Source: Squalus acanthias
Taxonomy: Eukaryota
DNA length: 64,000 nucleotides
Assembly: GCA_030390025.1 (NCBI GenBank)
Contig: CM059431.1
Coordinates: 135,162,001-135,226,000 of the forward strand
Direction: 5' to 3'
Part shown: positions 48,695 to 62,264 of the stretch, one piece after another
How the letters are laid out: every line of letters begins with the position of its first letter
Position numbering within the stretch: the stretch's first letter is position 1
Position numbers and translations under genes: made by a program
Notes under the pieces: generated by a model
What the model was told of the DNA's origin: nothing
The model's input: only the letters and a program-made list of their open reading frames with translations
Databases searched by the model: none

Positions 48695-49050
48695 TAAAGG
48701 GGAGTGCCAGGCTGAGCGGTCACGGACGGCACCCTGAGAAAAAAAAGGGGAAGGGGGCAGGTGCTGGCAGTTGGCCCAAAAAAATGGCCGCCCGACACCT
48801 ACCCCTTTTACTAGCGCCGCCGTCACTGCTGGAAAAACACCCCCCTGACCCTGTCGGACATATCGTCCGGCGATAGGTCAGCGGGCGCAAGCGAAGTTTG
48901 CGGCCGGGCTGCTGCACATGGCGATGATGTCATCGCCGGCGGTGCAGCACCACAGGGCACTACCAGCTACCGCCGCCACTAACCTCCCGCTGAATTTTGC
49001 GGGAGGCGTTAGTGGTGCCGCGCACAGGCGCTAGGGGATTTACGCCCCGT
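48695..49050 (-). mobile_element. Partial MITE family A copy
   Basis: Reverse complement of ~10010-10380. Confidence 0.7.
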
Positions 49051-49101
49051 TTCCCACATAAACTTTAATGAATTAAGTAACTAAAACAAGGTTAAATAGG
49101 G

Positions 49102-49410
49102 ATGGCAGTTCAGGTGGTGTGCCGCAACTGCAGCATGTGGGAGTTTGTGGAGAGCATCGCGATCCCGGGCAACCACATCTGCAGTAAGTGCATCTTGAGG
49201 AACCTCAGCTCAGATTTGTTGAACTGGAGTCCGAGGTGCAGACTTTGTGGGACATCAGGGTTACCTGGACACTTTGATCCAGGAGGCAGTCACACCCTTA
49301 GGTTAGGTAGTGATACAGGTCTGGTTAGTGGTCAGGGTCAAAAGGGTGTGACTGCAACTCAGGCAGGTAAGGGGACCGCAGGTATAGTGCTGGAGGAAAC
49401 TCGGCCGTTG
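49102..49410 (+). mobile_element. CR1 ORF1 5' fragment (zinc finger)
   Basis: MAVQVVCRNCSMWEF..HICSKC. Confidence 0.7.
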
Positions 49411-49846
49411 AATTTTCTGTCATGTTAATTGTTCATTAATTCAGTTATTCATTGATTTTCTATACTTAAAAAGTCAGTAACAAGCCTTGTTCAGTGATAC
49501 TCTTTGTAAATGCTATTTTAGTTCAAAAGCTTTACAAAGTACTAAATGACCATGAGGTTACTGTACTTCATCAACTTAGCTTTCTTATATGTTGAGCTTT
49601 GTTATACGTTGAATTGTAGGAGGTTATTGCAGAGTGCATTAACACTTTGTGATGCCTTTAAGAGTCTAGTGTTGACTTAGTGCTCTCTTCCCTCTTTAAC
49701 TGAGTACACTGGCAGCTCTCTATCATGTAGAAATTCACATCCCTCAAACAATGCAGAGTCGGCTCGACGGGCCAAATCGCCTACTCCTGCTCCTATTTCT
49801 TATGTTCTTTCGTATGTAATTCTATTTCATCTTGAATAAAGACAAT

Positions 49847-50604
49847 GGCCCAGAAATTCGGCTCCCTGGCTTCCCGCGGGTGCAAGGATCCCACGCGCAC
49901 CTACCTACCGCGCCTGCCATTGACCTCTGGGCCCACGGGGACTTCAGCTCCTGGGCCTCCTGCAGCTGCCGGTGCGCAGTGCTTGTGAATCCCAGTGGCG
50001 TAGTTAGTGCAATGCGTCCCCTGGGATCACGTGGGCCATGGAGAGCCAATGGCAGCAGACCATCTTTCATTCATAGATTTGACAGGACCTGTCAAATCTA
50101 TGAATTGAAATCGGCCCCAAAACAACACCTAAACTTCAAATAAATTAAAAAAAAAGCCATCACATTTTTAAAATAACTATAAGTTAAATAAATTAACTAC
50201 TTTAAACAAAAATTAAAATTTTTGAAAAAATTAAAATACTTTTTAACAGTGCTAAAAATAAACTTACCTTTCTTTAAAGTATCTAAAAAAGATAAACCTG
50301 TTGAAATTTATTTTTCATTGTAATTAATTAACCACTTACCTTGTTAAAAACGGGTCTTGCGACCCTTTTTAAATGTGCAGCTTCTTCCATACTTACCTTC
50401 CCGGAGAAACCTGAAAAAAAAACTAAGTTCGCTGCGTGCGCGCAGCCTCTACCGCGCACGCGGTTCACCTCTCAACCCATCCCTTCACGAGACCGGAAGT
50501 TCCGGTTTCCCGTGCATGCGCAGTGCATGCAGGAAACCGGCACTTCAGGAGGCCTTATGGGTGAGTACACAGTACTCACCCGGCAAGTGCCGAATTTTTG
50601 GCCC
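49847..50604 (-). mobile_element. MITE family D copy
   Basis: GGCCCAGAAATTCGG / CCGAATTTTTGGCCC; TSD AAT. Confidence 0.9.
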
Positions 50605-50607
50605 AAT

Positions 50608-53420
50608 GAGGGGAATTTTAACATGGTGGAGTGTGGGGGTTTGGGTGCAGGTGGGGGCTTAAATCCGGGGAAAATGACAGGGCGTCAGGAAGCAGGCTCC
50701 AACACGCCGACTTCCGCATTTCCCGCGAGAGAGTTAGGCTGTGTGCGAGCAATCCCCTCAGGAGAGGTGAGTTGCCATTAACAAATGTTAGTCACTCAAT
50801 TAGTGTGATATTTACACACACTTTTGAGTTTAACATCGGGACCATGGGTTTCCCAGGCTTCTAGAAACTCGCTAGTGAAAGCAAGGCGAGTACACCGCGC
50901 CAATTGAGGGGGTCAATCCATCTCATGGAAATATCGCAATAAATACTCAGTACTCACAGCTGCTTTCTTACCTGCTAGTGGAAAGGCTGTTCACAGTACT
51001 TCTGCTGAGAGTTTGCTTTCTACACTTTGGAGGTTTGTTCTATCACCATCAGGATGGGTGGTGCTTTGGCTGCCTGATTGGACCTCAGATGAGGAGAAAC
51101 ATGACCAGCACCAGCAGCAGCACCAGCACCAGCAGCAGCACCAGCAGCCTGCTGGTCACAGACCTGTAGCTGCACAGGAGAGAGGGGAGCAGCAGAGAGG
51201 ACAGCAGCAGAGGGTTGCAGCTTGCAGGAGGCACTACCCGTGAAACAGGGTCTACAGGCAGAGGCTGAGTATCCTTGATATGTCTGAACAGCAGTACCTG
51301 AGGAGGCTCAGGTAGCCATGCCAGGTGATGGTAGACATCTGCAGCCTGTTGGTGGCTGTCAAAGTTACCACCGCCCTCAACTTTTTTGCCTCCGGATCCT
51401 TCCAGGGCTCTGCCGGAGACATATCCAGGATCTCCCAGTCGGCGGCCCACAAATGCATAAGACCGGTAACAGATGGTTTGTTTCCAGGGCCGGCAAATAT
51501 GTCAATTTCACCTGCGATGATGCCAATCAGAATGAACGGGCGCACGGGTTTGTGGCTCTGGCTGCCTTCTCAGAGGTGCAGGGTGTCTGTACACATGTGG
51601 CAATCCGGGCACCCCCAGATCAACCAGGAGTATTCATCAACCGCAAGGGCTTCCACGCCATCAATGTGCAGCTGGTGTGCAACCACAAAAAGATATTTCT
51701 GCAAGTGTGTCCCAAAGTACTGGGGAGCTGCAATGATGCTTTCGTCCTGCGGCAGTCCAAGTTCTCTGACATGTTCAGACATGCAAGCAGACTTAAAGGG
51801 TGGCTGCTAGGAGACAATGGATACCCACTTCAAACTTGGCCGATGACACCCATCAGAAACCTGAACAATGAAGCGCAACAGCACTATAATGAATGCCATA
51901 TTACCACCAGATGTGTGATCAAACAAGCCATCGGCATGCTGAAGATGCGCTTCAGGTGCCTAGACAGATCTGGAGGTGCCCTTCAGTACGCACCAGCCAG
52001 GGACTCCAGAATGGTTGTGGTTTTCTGCGCTCCGCACAACATTGCGTAGCAGCGAGGTTTGGACCTGCAGGAGGAACAAGGCGAAGAACTGCTCGCATTG
52101 CTTCCCGGGATGCCATGGGATGCCCTTATTAATGCAAGGTTCACTTAGGTTGCACCAGTAGACCCGTGTCACAAGCACATGCAACAGCCACTCTTCCCGC
52201 CACCCCCACCCCACCCCCCCGCCCCGCCCCAATGCCACTGACACAAAACAGTCCTACAAACAACCAACCACCCCTTTCACATCCCTCTATTGGTTGCCAT
52301 CAATTCATATCTTCCCATTCAAAGTTAAAAAGCGACTTGCCACCTAGCACCCAAGAATGGACAAGACAGGAAAGTGGTGCAAAATAACAATATTTATGTG
52401 ACCTAACTAAAGAACAGAAACTTAACAACACAACATTTTCTCACACACCCATATGTATACTCCTGCGCAACTACAAAGCCTTACTCTTCCTTTTCCAATT
52501 ACTCCTACGTGGTGCAACCCCTGTGGCTTGCGCAGAGGTAGAGGCAAGCTGCTCAGATAATTGCTGATTGCTAAGATGCTCTTTGATGCCCATGGGGGCC
52601 CCTCCAAAGACTGCTCCACCTGCACCAGTGTAGGGACAGCCTCGGCCATTGGGAGACGAGGCTGCATGTGGGCTACTGACTGAGGGAGGGGCAACAGGTG
52701 AGAAGTGGAAGTTCTTTGATTGGAGTACCCACTTCCATGTCCTTTTTCGCCATCATCCCTCTCATGGCTCAGCCACATTTCACTGCTACCACTTTGGTGG
52801 TGACACTTTGATGCAGAACAGGGCAGCACTGTAAGCCCATGGCTAAGGTTTTTGTCATCCTACTTAAGGTAGCAGACATGTTGGCATCCAGAGAGTGCAC
52901 GGCTGTGATAAAGTGTACATGGACTGAATTGATAGCCGCGTTTGATATTCCATGGAGTTGGCCACTCTATCCATGCAAGAAGTTATCGTTGCAATGCCCT
53001 ATGACATCAACCCACTCATGCTTGAGGCAGACTCCTCCATGCTCTCTGCAATTGTGGTCAGTGTGCTTGGAAGGCCTGTCAGTGCATCGCACATTGTCTG
53101 CTGCTGCTCAATGATTCTCCTTTTCATTGATGGCTCCCAGGGTACAGCATCTGTGTCCAGCTGAGCAGAGCTTGGAGAGGGCTATGGACTCTCCACTGCT
53201 GTCCCTGCCACTACCATCTGCTCTTGTTCACTTGTGAAGTGTGAGTCACCAGGTGAAAACCCAACTATCTGCCTACGTGGTCCCACCGAAGAGCGAGTAT
53301 CTGAGCTGGTGCATGATATGCATGAGTCCTTTGACAGTGCACCCTCAGAAGGACTCAGCTCCTCTGAGGAATCCTCATTGGTGATCTTCACCGACTTCTG
53401 CTGAATGTGTGAAGGCCCTG
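50608..53420. mobile_element. Decayed two-gene Harbinger (transposase on +, last exon of Myb/SANT gene on -), right part lost
   Basis: Left end GAGGGGAATTTTAAC; transposase 51054-52148; minus-strand low-complexity exon ~52480-53417 resembling 11906-12908. Confidence 0.8.
51054..52148 (+). pseudogene. HARBI1-type DDE transposase, frameshifted
   Basis: [68 protein letters not shown]. Confidence 0.88.
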
Positions 53421-53437
53421 TCGGATCTAAAATACAT

Positions 53438-54296
53438 GGGGTCGGAATTTGCAGTCGGAGGCGTACCTCCGGAGTACGCCTCCAACCCGAAAAAAGTCCG
53501 AACCTATCTGCTGGCTCCTGGGCTTCGGAGACTTTGGGGTAAAAATTCAGTTGGTTGCGCCTCCCGTTAGCGCCTTAAGAGGGCGCTAATGGGGCGCAAA
53601 GCCGCTAACGCCCAGGCGCAGCGATGTTTGCGCCGCTCGGGAACTTAACTAGAGATTGTGCGGCGGCGCTAAACCTTACCGCTGCGACCACCTGCGCGCG
53701 CAGATTGTGACGTCATTCCATGGTGCAACGCCCTTGTGGCGCCCCGGAGCGGAAATTGAGTGGCGCCCCCTGCCTTACCGCCTGGCGCATCCAACGACCG
53801 GAAGACTGGAATGCTATCAATCGCTGTGGGGGGCGCTATTTAAAGGGGGCCTCTTCCTGTCTTTTTCTGTGGTGGACATTTTTGCACCACTCGTTCTGAG
53901 AGAGAGAGAGAGATTCGGAGAGAGAGAAAGAGAGACTTCTGCATTGACTCAACGCTTTGTGAGGTAGTTTTGCCTACTGATCCTAACAGTTGTCCCCCCC
54001 CCCCCGCTTTAAGAACTGGCCGGCGCCAGTGTGTCTGTGTTCCCTCGCTAACTGGCAGCAGCTGCGCTGCGCTCGCGCGCTGAGTTAGCGCCACACTGCT
54101 CGGCCTTTGCGCCTTAAGACAGGTGTGCAGCGCCTGATTTAGCGCTCCACTCACCTCCCGGGGCGGTAAAAGTGAAGTTTCCAGTCAGTGGCGATAATTA
54201 GCGCCAGGCGCTAATATTTGCGTCCAGACGATATTTGTGCCCCAAATGGGGCGCGACCTAATTTTTCCCCCTTTGGGTCCTGGGCCTGCAGACGTA
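53438..54296. mobile_element. Left part of a MITE (related to 61519-62264) with a nested family A copy at 53536-54271
   Basis: GGGGTCGGAATTTGC start; nested GGGGTAAAAATT / AATTTTTCCCCC with TSD TTT. Confidence 0.8.
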
Positions 54297-56288
54297 CTTC
54301 TTCTTAGGCAGTCCCTCGGAACCGAGGATGACTTGCTTCCACACTAAAAATGAGTTCTCAGGTGACTGATGAGTCCAATGTGGGACCTACAGTTTCTGTC
54401 ACAGGTGGGGCAGACGGTGGTTGAAGGGGCGGGTGGGTGGGGTGCTTGGGTTAACGTGCGCTCCTTCCGCTGTTTGCGCTTGGCTTCCGCTTGCTCCCGG
54501 CGAAGAGACGCGAGGTGTTTGGCGCCTTCCCGGATTCTTCTCCTCCACTTTGTGCGGTCTTGGGCCAGGGATTCCCAGGTGTCGGTGGGGATGTTGCACT
54601 TTTTCAAGGAGGCTTTGAGGGTGTCCTTGAAGCGTTTCCTCTGCCCACCTGGGTCTCTGTTGCCGTGTCGGAGCTTCGAGTAGAGCGCTTGTTTTGGGAG
54701 TCTCGTATCGGGCATGCGGACGATGTGGCCCATCCATCGGAGCTGATCGAGCGTGGTCAAAGCTTCGATGCTGGGGATGTTGGCCGGAGCGAGAACACTG
54801 ACGTTGGTGTGCCTATCCTGCCAATGGATTTGCAGGATCTTGCGGAGGCAGCGTTGGTGGTGCCTGCTGTACATGGTCCATGTCTCTGAAGCATACAGGA
54901 GGGTGGGTATCACTACTGCTCTGTAGACCATGAGCTTGGTGCTGGGTTTGAGGTCCTGGTCTTCAAACACTCTCTTCCTCAGGCGACCGAAGGCTGCACT
55001 GGCACACTGAAGGCGGTGTTGGATTTTGTCATCGACGTCTGCCCTTGCTAACAGTAGGCTCCCGAGGTATGGAAAGTGGTCCACGTTATCCAAGGCCTCG
55101 TCGTGGATTTTGATAATCAGGGAGCAGTACTGTGTGGCGGGGGCAGATTGGTAGAGGACTTTTTGTCTTACGGATGTTTAGTGTAAGGCCCAAGCTCTCG
55201 TACGTTTCGGTGAAGGTGTTAACGATGGTTTGGAGTTCGACCTCAGAGTGTGCGTAGGCGCAAGCGTCGTCTGCATACTGTAATTCGATGACAGAGGATG
55301 GGACGACCTTGGATCTGGACTGGAGGCGACGGAGGTTGAACAGTTTCCCGTTTGTTCTGTAGATTAGCTCCACTCCAGCGGGCAGCTTACTGAGGGTGAG
55401 ATGGAGCATTGCAGCAAGGAAGATCGAGAAGAGCGTTGGTGCAGTGACACAGCCTTGCTTGACCCCGGTCCGTATGTGAATTGGGTCTGTGGTGGAACCG
55501 TTGGTCAGGATCACGGCTTGCATGTCGCTGTGAAGCAGACGGAGGATGGTGACAAACCTTTGAGGGCAGTCGAATTTGAAGAGGACACTCCATAATCCGT
55601 CATGATTGACGGTGTCGAAGGGCTTTGTGAGGTCAAAGAAGGCCATGTACAGCGGTTGGTGCTGTTCCCTGCATTTCTCTTGTAGTTGACCCGCGGTGAA
55701 GATCATTTCCATTGTGCCCCTTAGTGGGCGGAATCCGCATTGTGACTCTGAGCGGAGTTCGTCAGCCACTGGGAGAAGGCAATTGAGGAAGTTTCTTGTG
55801 ATGACTTTCCCTGTGGCAGACAGCAGGGAGACTCCTCTCTAATTATCGCAATCGGACTTGTTAGCTTTCTTGAAGATGGTCACGATTACGGCGTCTTTGC
55901 GATCCCCTGGCATGCTCTCCTCCTTCCAAATAAGAGAAATGAGTTCATGTATTCGTGCCAGTAGTGCTTCTCCGCCATGTTTTAGCGCCTCGGCGGGGAT
56001 TCCATCTGCTCCTGAGGCCTTGTTGTTCTTCAGTTGTCGGATGGCCTTTTCAACCTCATGACAGGCTGGGGTTGTGCTGAGATGGTGGCGGGTAGCATGC
56101 TACGGGATGGAGTTGAGGACACTCGCGTCGAAGGCAAAGTCTCGGTTAAGGAGATCTTCGAAGTGCTCCTTCCAGTGGGCACTGACTTCCTCTCTGTCCT
56201 TGATAAGCACCTCTCCGTTCTTGGCCCACAGTGAGGTAGGACCTTGGGTGCTTGGGCCGTAGGTGGTCTTGACTGCGCTAAAGAAGCC
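54297..56288 (-). mobile_element. RTE-clade LINE, 5'-truncated, frameshifted
   Basis: ESQCGFR..GVKQGC..APTLF..LQYADD; RLPKQALY..GGQRKRFKDTLK; C-terminal CPTC..H zinc finger; short 3' UTR and (GAA)n tail. Confidence 0.92.
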
Positions 56289-56339
56289 AGAGACGAGACC
56301 AAAAAGGAATTCTACTCCAGGCGCATCTGTCATCGTGGA

Positions 56340-57935
56340 ATCGACCCGGCCGGCAGCAGTGGGAGACCCAATTGAAATCATTATCAGGTAGTTTACAGGC
56401 ATTTTAGAGCCTTTTTTCACTTTTTACATTTCCCTGCAGGGCCACGGGATTCACGCAGCTCGGGATCCACGTCTGTCAACCTGAGATGGGAGTTCAGTGG
56501 CCATTGCTTCAGCTGATTACTTGACAGCATCAAATGTACAGTAAAAGCTCCAACCTGACAGATGATCACGTTCCTCAGGCAGAACTGTTGCTCAGTCCAT
56601 TCCCAGCACAGATTCTGCAGGCTGCAAGTCTTTCCAGCAAAGTCTCCATCCTGTGTCACCTCATTGGAAGAACTCTCTCATCATTGACAGATTGCTTCTG
56701 TCAACTGTACTTCACCTGCCATCTATTCCATCAATATGGGTGCCGTTTATACTGTCTCACCTTGGTCCTCAGAATCGGACCACAATCAGCCCCAACACCA
56801 GCAGCACCAGGCACACCAGCAGCACCAATAACAACACCAACATTCTCCGCAATCACTTGATGCTGCGCAGGATACAGGGCATCAGCACCCGAGCATATTG
56901 CTGCCCGGGAGGCCAGGGATGGCCTCACCATGGCCAGATTTACTTCACTTGATGCTGTACACCCTGGCTGCCACATGATGCACCAGGTTGGCACCACCCC
57001 ACACCAACACCATAAAGCATCCCTACAATGTCCAAGCCATTCCTTTCACACTCACCACCATTGGATGAGTACCATTATGTCTCACTGCAACTCACTAAGC
57101 CACTTCCAAAGGTACACACAAATCTGTGCAAGACCAGAAAGTATTGAAAATAAAGATTTTAATGTTTGACAACACATTAACAGAAACTTTACATAAACAT
57201 TGGATAAAACACCCAAGTGGCTACCCTTGTGTGTTGTTAGTTGGTATGATTGCACTAGGATGAGGGTGAGTGTGAGGGGTGGCTAGTGAGATGGGAATGT
57301 GATAATGTAGATAGAGAGAGAGAGAGAGATGGGTGGAGGTGCAAGGTAAGTTGGTGTGAGTAAGGATGTGCAGGAGTAGGGTAGGGAAGGCAGAGTGATG
57401 GGGATGTGATGAGAGGCACAGGAGGATGCAGTTGAGTGTGGCTTTGTACTAACGTTTCATGATCTAATGAGATCATTGAAACATTTGCGGCACTGCACCC
57501 AGCTCCTCCTGACCACATCCCTGCTTGTGCCCTCCTCTGCAATCTGCAACCAGGCTGCCTTGGTCTCCTGGAGAGGTCTCTTCATAAGCATATGGAGGGA
57601 GTCATCGGAGAAGCTGGGTGCAGCCCTCTGCCTCTGTGCAGTCATTGTCAGTGTTTGCAGCACTCCAATGCTGTAGTACACTGACAGCACTATGTTAGAT
57701 TAAACTTCAAATGTAATGTGGCCATGGTCCTTTAAAGATCCCAGCTCAAAATGTGTCATGAATGATGTCACTAGACCCACTGCATCTCATTGGGCCGGGT
57801 AACGCGCTGGGCGGGCTTAATAGGCCCCATTAAGGTAAGTTCATTTTCAACAGCATGATGGAGCCAGCAGCAGGGTCGCGACCCGTCAAGGACACCGGTC
57901 TCACCGGACCCGCCCAGGTAGGCAAAATTCCGGCC
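56340..57935 (-). mobile_element. Second copy of the internally deleted Harbinger derivative
   Basis: Reverse complement of 26004-~27620; TIR AAAATTCCGGCC; Myb ORF 57457-57690 (RSWVQCRKCFNDL). Confidence 0.85.
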
Positions 57936-58264
57936 TAAATGTGGATGATTTTTTATTTTTAAATATTTAATTTAACATTTATATCAACACTTACACTGGT
58001 GAAAGCAGGCCCTCTGCCTGCTTTTACCAGGCATAAGGGTTTCGTGGGGATTTGCTGGGCAGTAGTTGGACAAATAGCCCTACTCTGCGAACCTTGACAG
58101 ATTGCAAGTTCCGGGTTTTCAGGCTTTTTACCGAATTAGTCCTGGCAAGATAAGAATATGTTGCAAGTTATCATGATGAATATAATCATATTTCACCCAC
58201 TGTTGAAACCAAATCAATATGACTGAGTACTGTATGACATGTGGGTCGTTAATAATTAATTCTG

Positions 58265-58396
58265 TCACTAGGCAGCTGGGAGCTCCCCGTCTCCTGATCT
58301 TTGATGACCAGGGATGCCGAAACTCCACTGATTTTGAGCACCTCTTCCTCTGTGCTTGGTGGACCACCTCCCTCATGTTTTGTGCTCTCCTCCTGC
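58265..58396 (-). pseudogene. Isolated Harbinger Myb/SANT gene exon 2-like fragment
   Basis: TTGCAG acceptor then EES..GGGPPSTEEEVLKISG, resembling exon 2 at 11593 and 59341-59498. Confidence 0.45.
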
Positions 58397-59228
58397 AAGG
58401 GCTTACCCCTTATCCTTAGACTGTGACCCCTGGTTCTGGACTCCCCCGCCATCGGGAACATCCTTCCTGCATCTAGTCTGTCTAGTCCTGTTAGAATTTT
58501 ATAAGTTTCAATGAGATCCCCTCTCATTCTTCTAAACTCTAGCAAATATAAGCCTAATTGACCCAATCTCTCCTCATACGTCATTCCTGCCATCCCAGGT
58601 ATCAGTCTGGTGAATCTTTACCTTTGGCCTTCTTAACCGCCTGCTGCACCTGCATGCTTACCTTCAGCGACTGGTGCACAAGGACACCCAGGTCTCATTG
58701 CACTTCCCCTTTTCCCAATCTATTGCCGTTCAGATAATAATCTGCCTTCCTGTTTTTGCCACCGAAGTGGATAACCTCGCATTTATCCACATTATACTGC
58801 ATTTGCCATGCATCTGCCCAATCACCCAACCTGTCCAAATCATACTGGAGTTTCTCTGCATCCTCCTCACAGCACACACGCCCACCCAGCTTTGTGTCAT
58901 CTGCAAACTTGGTGATATTACATCTAATTCCCTCGTCTAGATCATTAATATATATTGTGAATAGCTGGGGTCCTAGCACCGATCCCTGCGGTACCCCACT
59001 AGTCACTGCCTGCCACTCGGAAAAAGACTCGTTTATTCCAACTCTTTGCTTCCTGTCTGCCAACCAGTTCTCTATCCAAGACAATACCTTACCCCCAATA
59101 CCGTGTGCTTTAACTTTGCACGCTAATCTCCTATGCGGGACCTTATCGAAAGCCTGCTGAAAGTCCAAATACACCACATCCACTGGTTCTCCCTTATCTA
59201 TTCTACCAGTTACATCCTCAAAAAATTG
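58397..59228 (-). mobile_element. Internal CR1 RT fragment, same subfamily as 19879-24016
   Basis: Near-identical to 20154-21123 apart from deletions. Confidence 0.92.
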
Positions 59229-59340
59229 CATCATGCAGGTCTTCAACACACCCACTGCCGGGGATTGGACGGCATCCCGGAAGTAAAATGTAAATGAGGT
59301 GGCTGAGTTAAAAAGCCACTGACAGACACACTGAACTTAC

Positions 59341-60199
59341 CTCCGGGTTTCCCATGCGATATCGGACCCGCCTGCTCCCAACACGTCTCCCCTGTCCATG
59401 AGGGCAAGCATACATCTTCGAAGGGTGCGAGGGTGTGCAGGCGGGATCTTCCTCCTCCAGTGCCAACCTTCTGTCTAGAGTTGTGTGTAACCTTCTCCTG
59501 CAAGAAAGAAGGGAATGTGTTAATGAGAGTCTTGTGAGATAACAACATAAGAACAGAAGAAATAGGAGCAGGAGTAGGCCACTCGGCTCTTTGAGCCTGC
59601 TCCGCCATTCAATAAGATCATGGCTGATCTTCTACCTCTGCTCCACCTTCCCGCTTGATCCCCATATCCCTTGATTCCCCTAGTATCTAAAAATGTATCG
59701 ATCTCTGTCTTGATTATACTCAACGACTGAGCATCCATAGCCCCAATAGCTGATAGTCTATGTGTAAGATGTGATATGTGGGTAATGGTGGTGAGTGTGT
59801 GAGTATGAGGAGATGGGGGTGTGGTGAGGTGTGGTACAGTGATTATAGGAGAGTGAAGGTAAGTGGGGAGGGGGAGCCTTGTGAGTGCTGTGAGTTTAGT
59901 GATTAGTGAGGCTGTGAGTGGCGGAGGTGTGAGTATAGAGTAAGAGGGCAATATTCTTACCTTAACAACTCTAGTGAGATCATTGAATTTCTTCCTGCAT
60001 GGCAGCCAAGTCCTGGGTGCTAGGCTTCTGGTATTCACATATTCTGTAATCTGTTCTTATTGATGGTAGAGTTGATGCATGGATGGCTTCCTCTCCCCCG
60101 GGGTAAGATGATATCCTTTCTCTTATCCACTGCCTGCACCAGGGCCTCCAAGGCAGTATTGGAAAATATTGGTGCCCTCTCAGCACTTGCTTCAGCCAT
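59341..60199 (-). pseudogene. Harbinger Myb/SANT gene exons 1-2, with a CR1 tail (59546-59740) in the intron
   Basis: MAEASAERAPIFSNTALEALV..RTWLPCRKKFNDLTRVVK|GTAAG; EKVTHNSRQKVGTGGG..|GTAAG; frameshifted. Confidence 0.78.
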
Positions 60200-61518
60200 A
60201 TCTCTCCTTCCAAAAGTGTTTCCCTGGTGGCTGCAGCCAGAATATACCTCCCCTTTAAGAGGTGCAGGCTGCCTTTAAGTGGTGACATAGATGCCTGATA
60301 TCCGGCCCACCTGCAGCCAATAACTAGCTTTGGCTGAACATCTAAATGATTAAACTGATTGTCCGTGCTGCCTGAATCAATAGTAACAGGTGCATGCAGT
60401 GGTCCTGCGTGCCTGATTCCGGGTGTGATTGGGTTTTGAGGCCATACTATTTGCTCACAACTTCAGCTTTTGTGGGTCTGCAGGGTCTGCAATCACTTAA
60501 TAAACTGAAATGATTCCAAGCGCGAGTTCAGTTATTGGACTATTTAATGATGCCACTTAATAGATATGAACAATTAAAGCTCACAGAGCCTGAAGAAAAA
60601 GCCTAGAGAGCCATGGAAGCTTGCATATCTTACACCTGTTTAAGTTGCTGGAAGTTATTGTAGTGATTAGAGGCTTTTCTTGTGGACCAGCTTGATGTCA
60701 AACCATCTGTTTTGAAAACATTGAAATGCTAATTCTTACAGCACACGATGTATAATTCTTTTAAGAGAGGCAGAGTTATGAGGATTACTGGATGACTGTC
60801 AAATGAATGAAATTAAAATTAGGCAGAATAGCAATGGAAACAGTAGGATAATACAATAGATGCTGAAGATTACCACTGCTTCTCCGCCATGACCTGTATT
60901 TCTGTCTCCTCACCCCTGCTGGGACTGCCACTGGATGCCCCTTCGACTCCCACCACATGTAAATGCCGTTGTGTTGCGGGGGGGGGTTGGGGGTGGGGGA
61001 CCTGAGTTCTTGGTGGATTTCCTGCCATTTGCCCCTCTTACTGTTGGTCTCCAGGACTGCCTGGAGAAAGGTGATGGCACAATGACCCCAGAATTCTTTT
61101 AATGGAGGCAGAGAGCCGAGTAGAGGTCTCCTCTATCTCCTTTCTGCCACATACAGCGACCTTTTTATGCCTCATCTCAACCGAGGCCTAAATGTAATTT
61201 TCCTTTTGTCTTTGGAGCTGTTTTTCACCTTTACGGTCCGTTGCCACCTCCTCAGGTCCCACTGCAGTGTCACCTCATGTTTTTCGGTGGCACTAGCGGA
61301 CTCCCTCTTGGTGGTGAAGATCCTAGCCACCGTGCATGAGAAATGACTACCAACCCAGGATAATGGGTCAGGATTATGGTGATGTCAGAGGGCCAGGCAG
61401 AGGTCCCACCCTGCTGGAACATCACCACAAAGAGGAGAAGCCCACCCCAAGTACCTGTGCTACATGGAAAAAGCTGTATTGCTCTTTAGGGCTCTTATTT
61501 TGCAGTCACTGTAATATT

Positions 61519-62264
61519 GGCCCAAAATTTGCGATCGGAGACTTCCCGCGGGCGGATGCCTCCGACCTGTAAAAAATCTACACATTTACCTGGTGGCCCG
61601 GGAGGTATGGAGGCTTGCGATCCTGGGCCTCTCCGGGTCCGCGCAGGCAGAGGCCCACGTATCCCAGGGGCGCATGTGGTTCGCGAGCGCCCCAGGGATC
61701 ACATGGGCTGGCCCAACCAATAAAAGAAGGGAATCCCCAATCATACTTATGGGAGTTGCATACGTACGGAACTCCCATAAGTATGAATGGGGATCACTTA
61801 AAAAAATACACGAACACATGAAATACATTTTTTTTAAATTACATATTTAAAATTAATTAAAATGCCATTTAATTAAATAATTTAAACAACAATTAATTTT
61901 TTTTAAAATTTGAATATGTTTTAACGGGGCTAAAAATAAACTTACCTTATTGGACAGGGTTTTTAACGTATAAATGAGTGATAACATTTTATTTTTCTAT
62001 TTTTTAAAACTCTTATGCTGGTAAAAGCAGGCGTAAGAATTTCACAGGCATTCAGCGGGTAGAAGTTGGGCAAATAGCGCAACTCTCCACCCGCAGAGGC
62101 CCATCTCCCAGGGATGCGGAGGATCTGTCAAAAAGATTCTTGACAGATTGCAAGTTCCGGGTTTTAGCACATGCGCTTTGCATACCTAAACCCGGAACTT
62201 GTGTGGTCCCTACGGGCACGTACACACCTCGTACGTACCCGTAGGGGGTCGCAAAATATGGCCA
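61519..62264. mobile_element. Harbinger-type MITE (family E)
   Basis: GGCCCAAAATTTGCGA / TCGCAAAATATGGCCA; TSD ATT; internal hairpin 61735-61792; related fragment at ~57990-58125. Confidence 0.82.
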
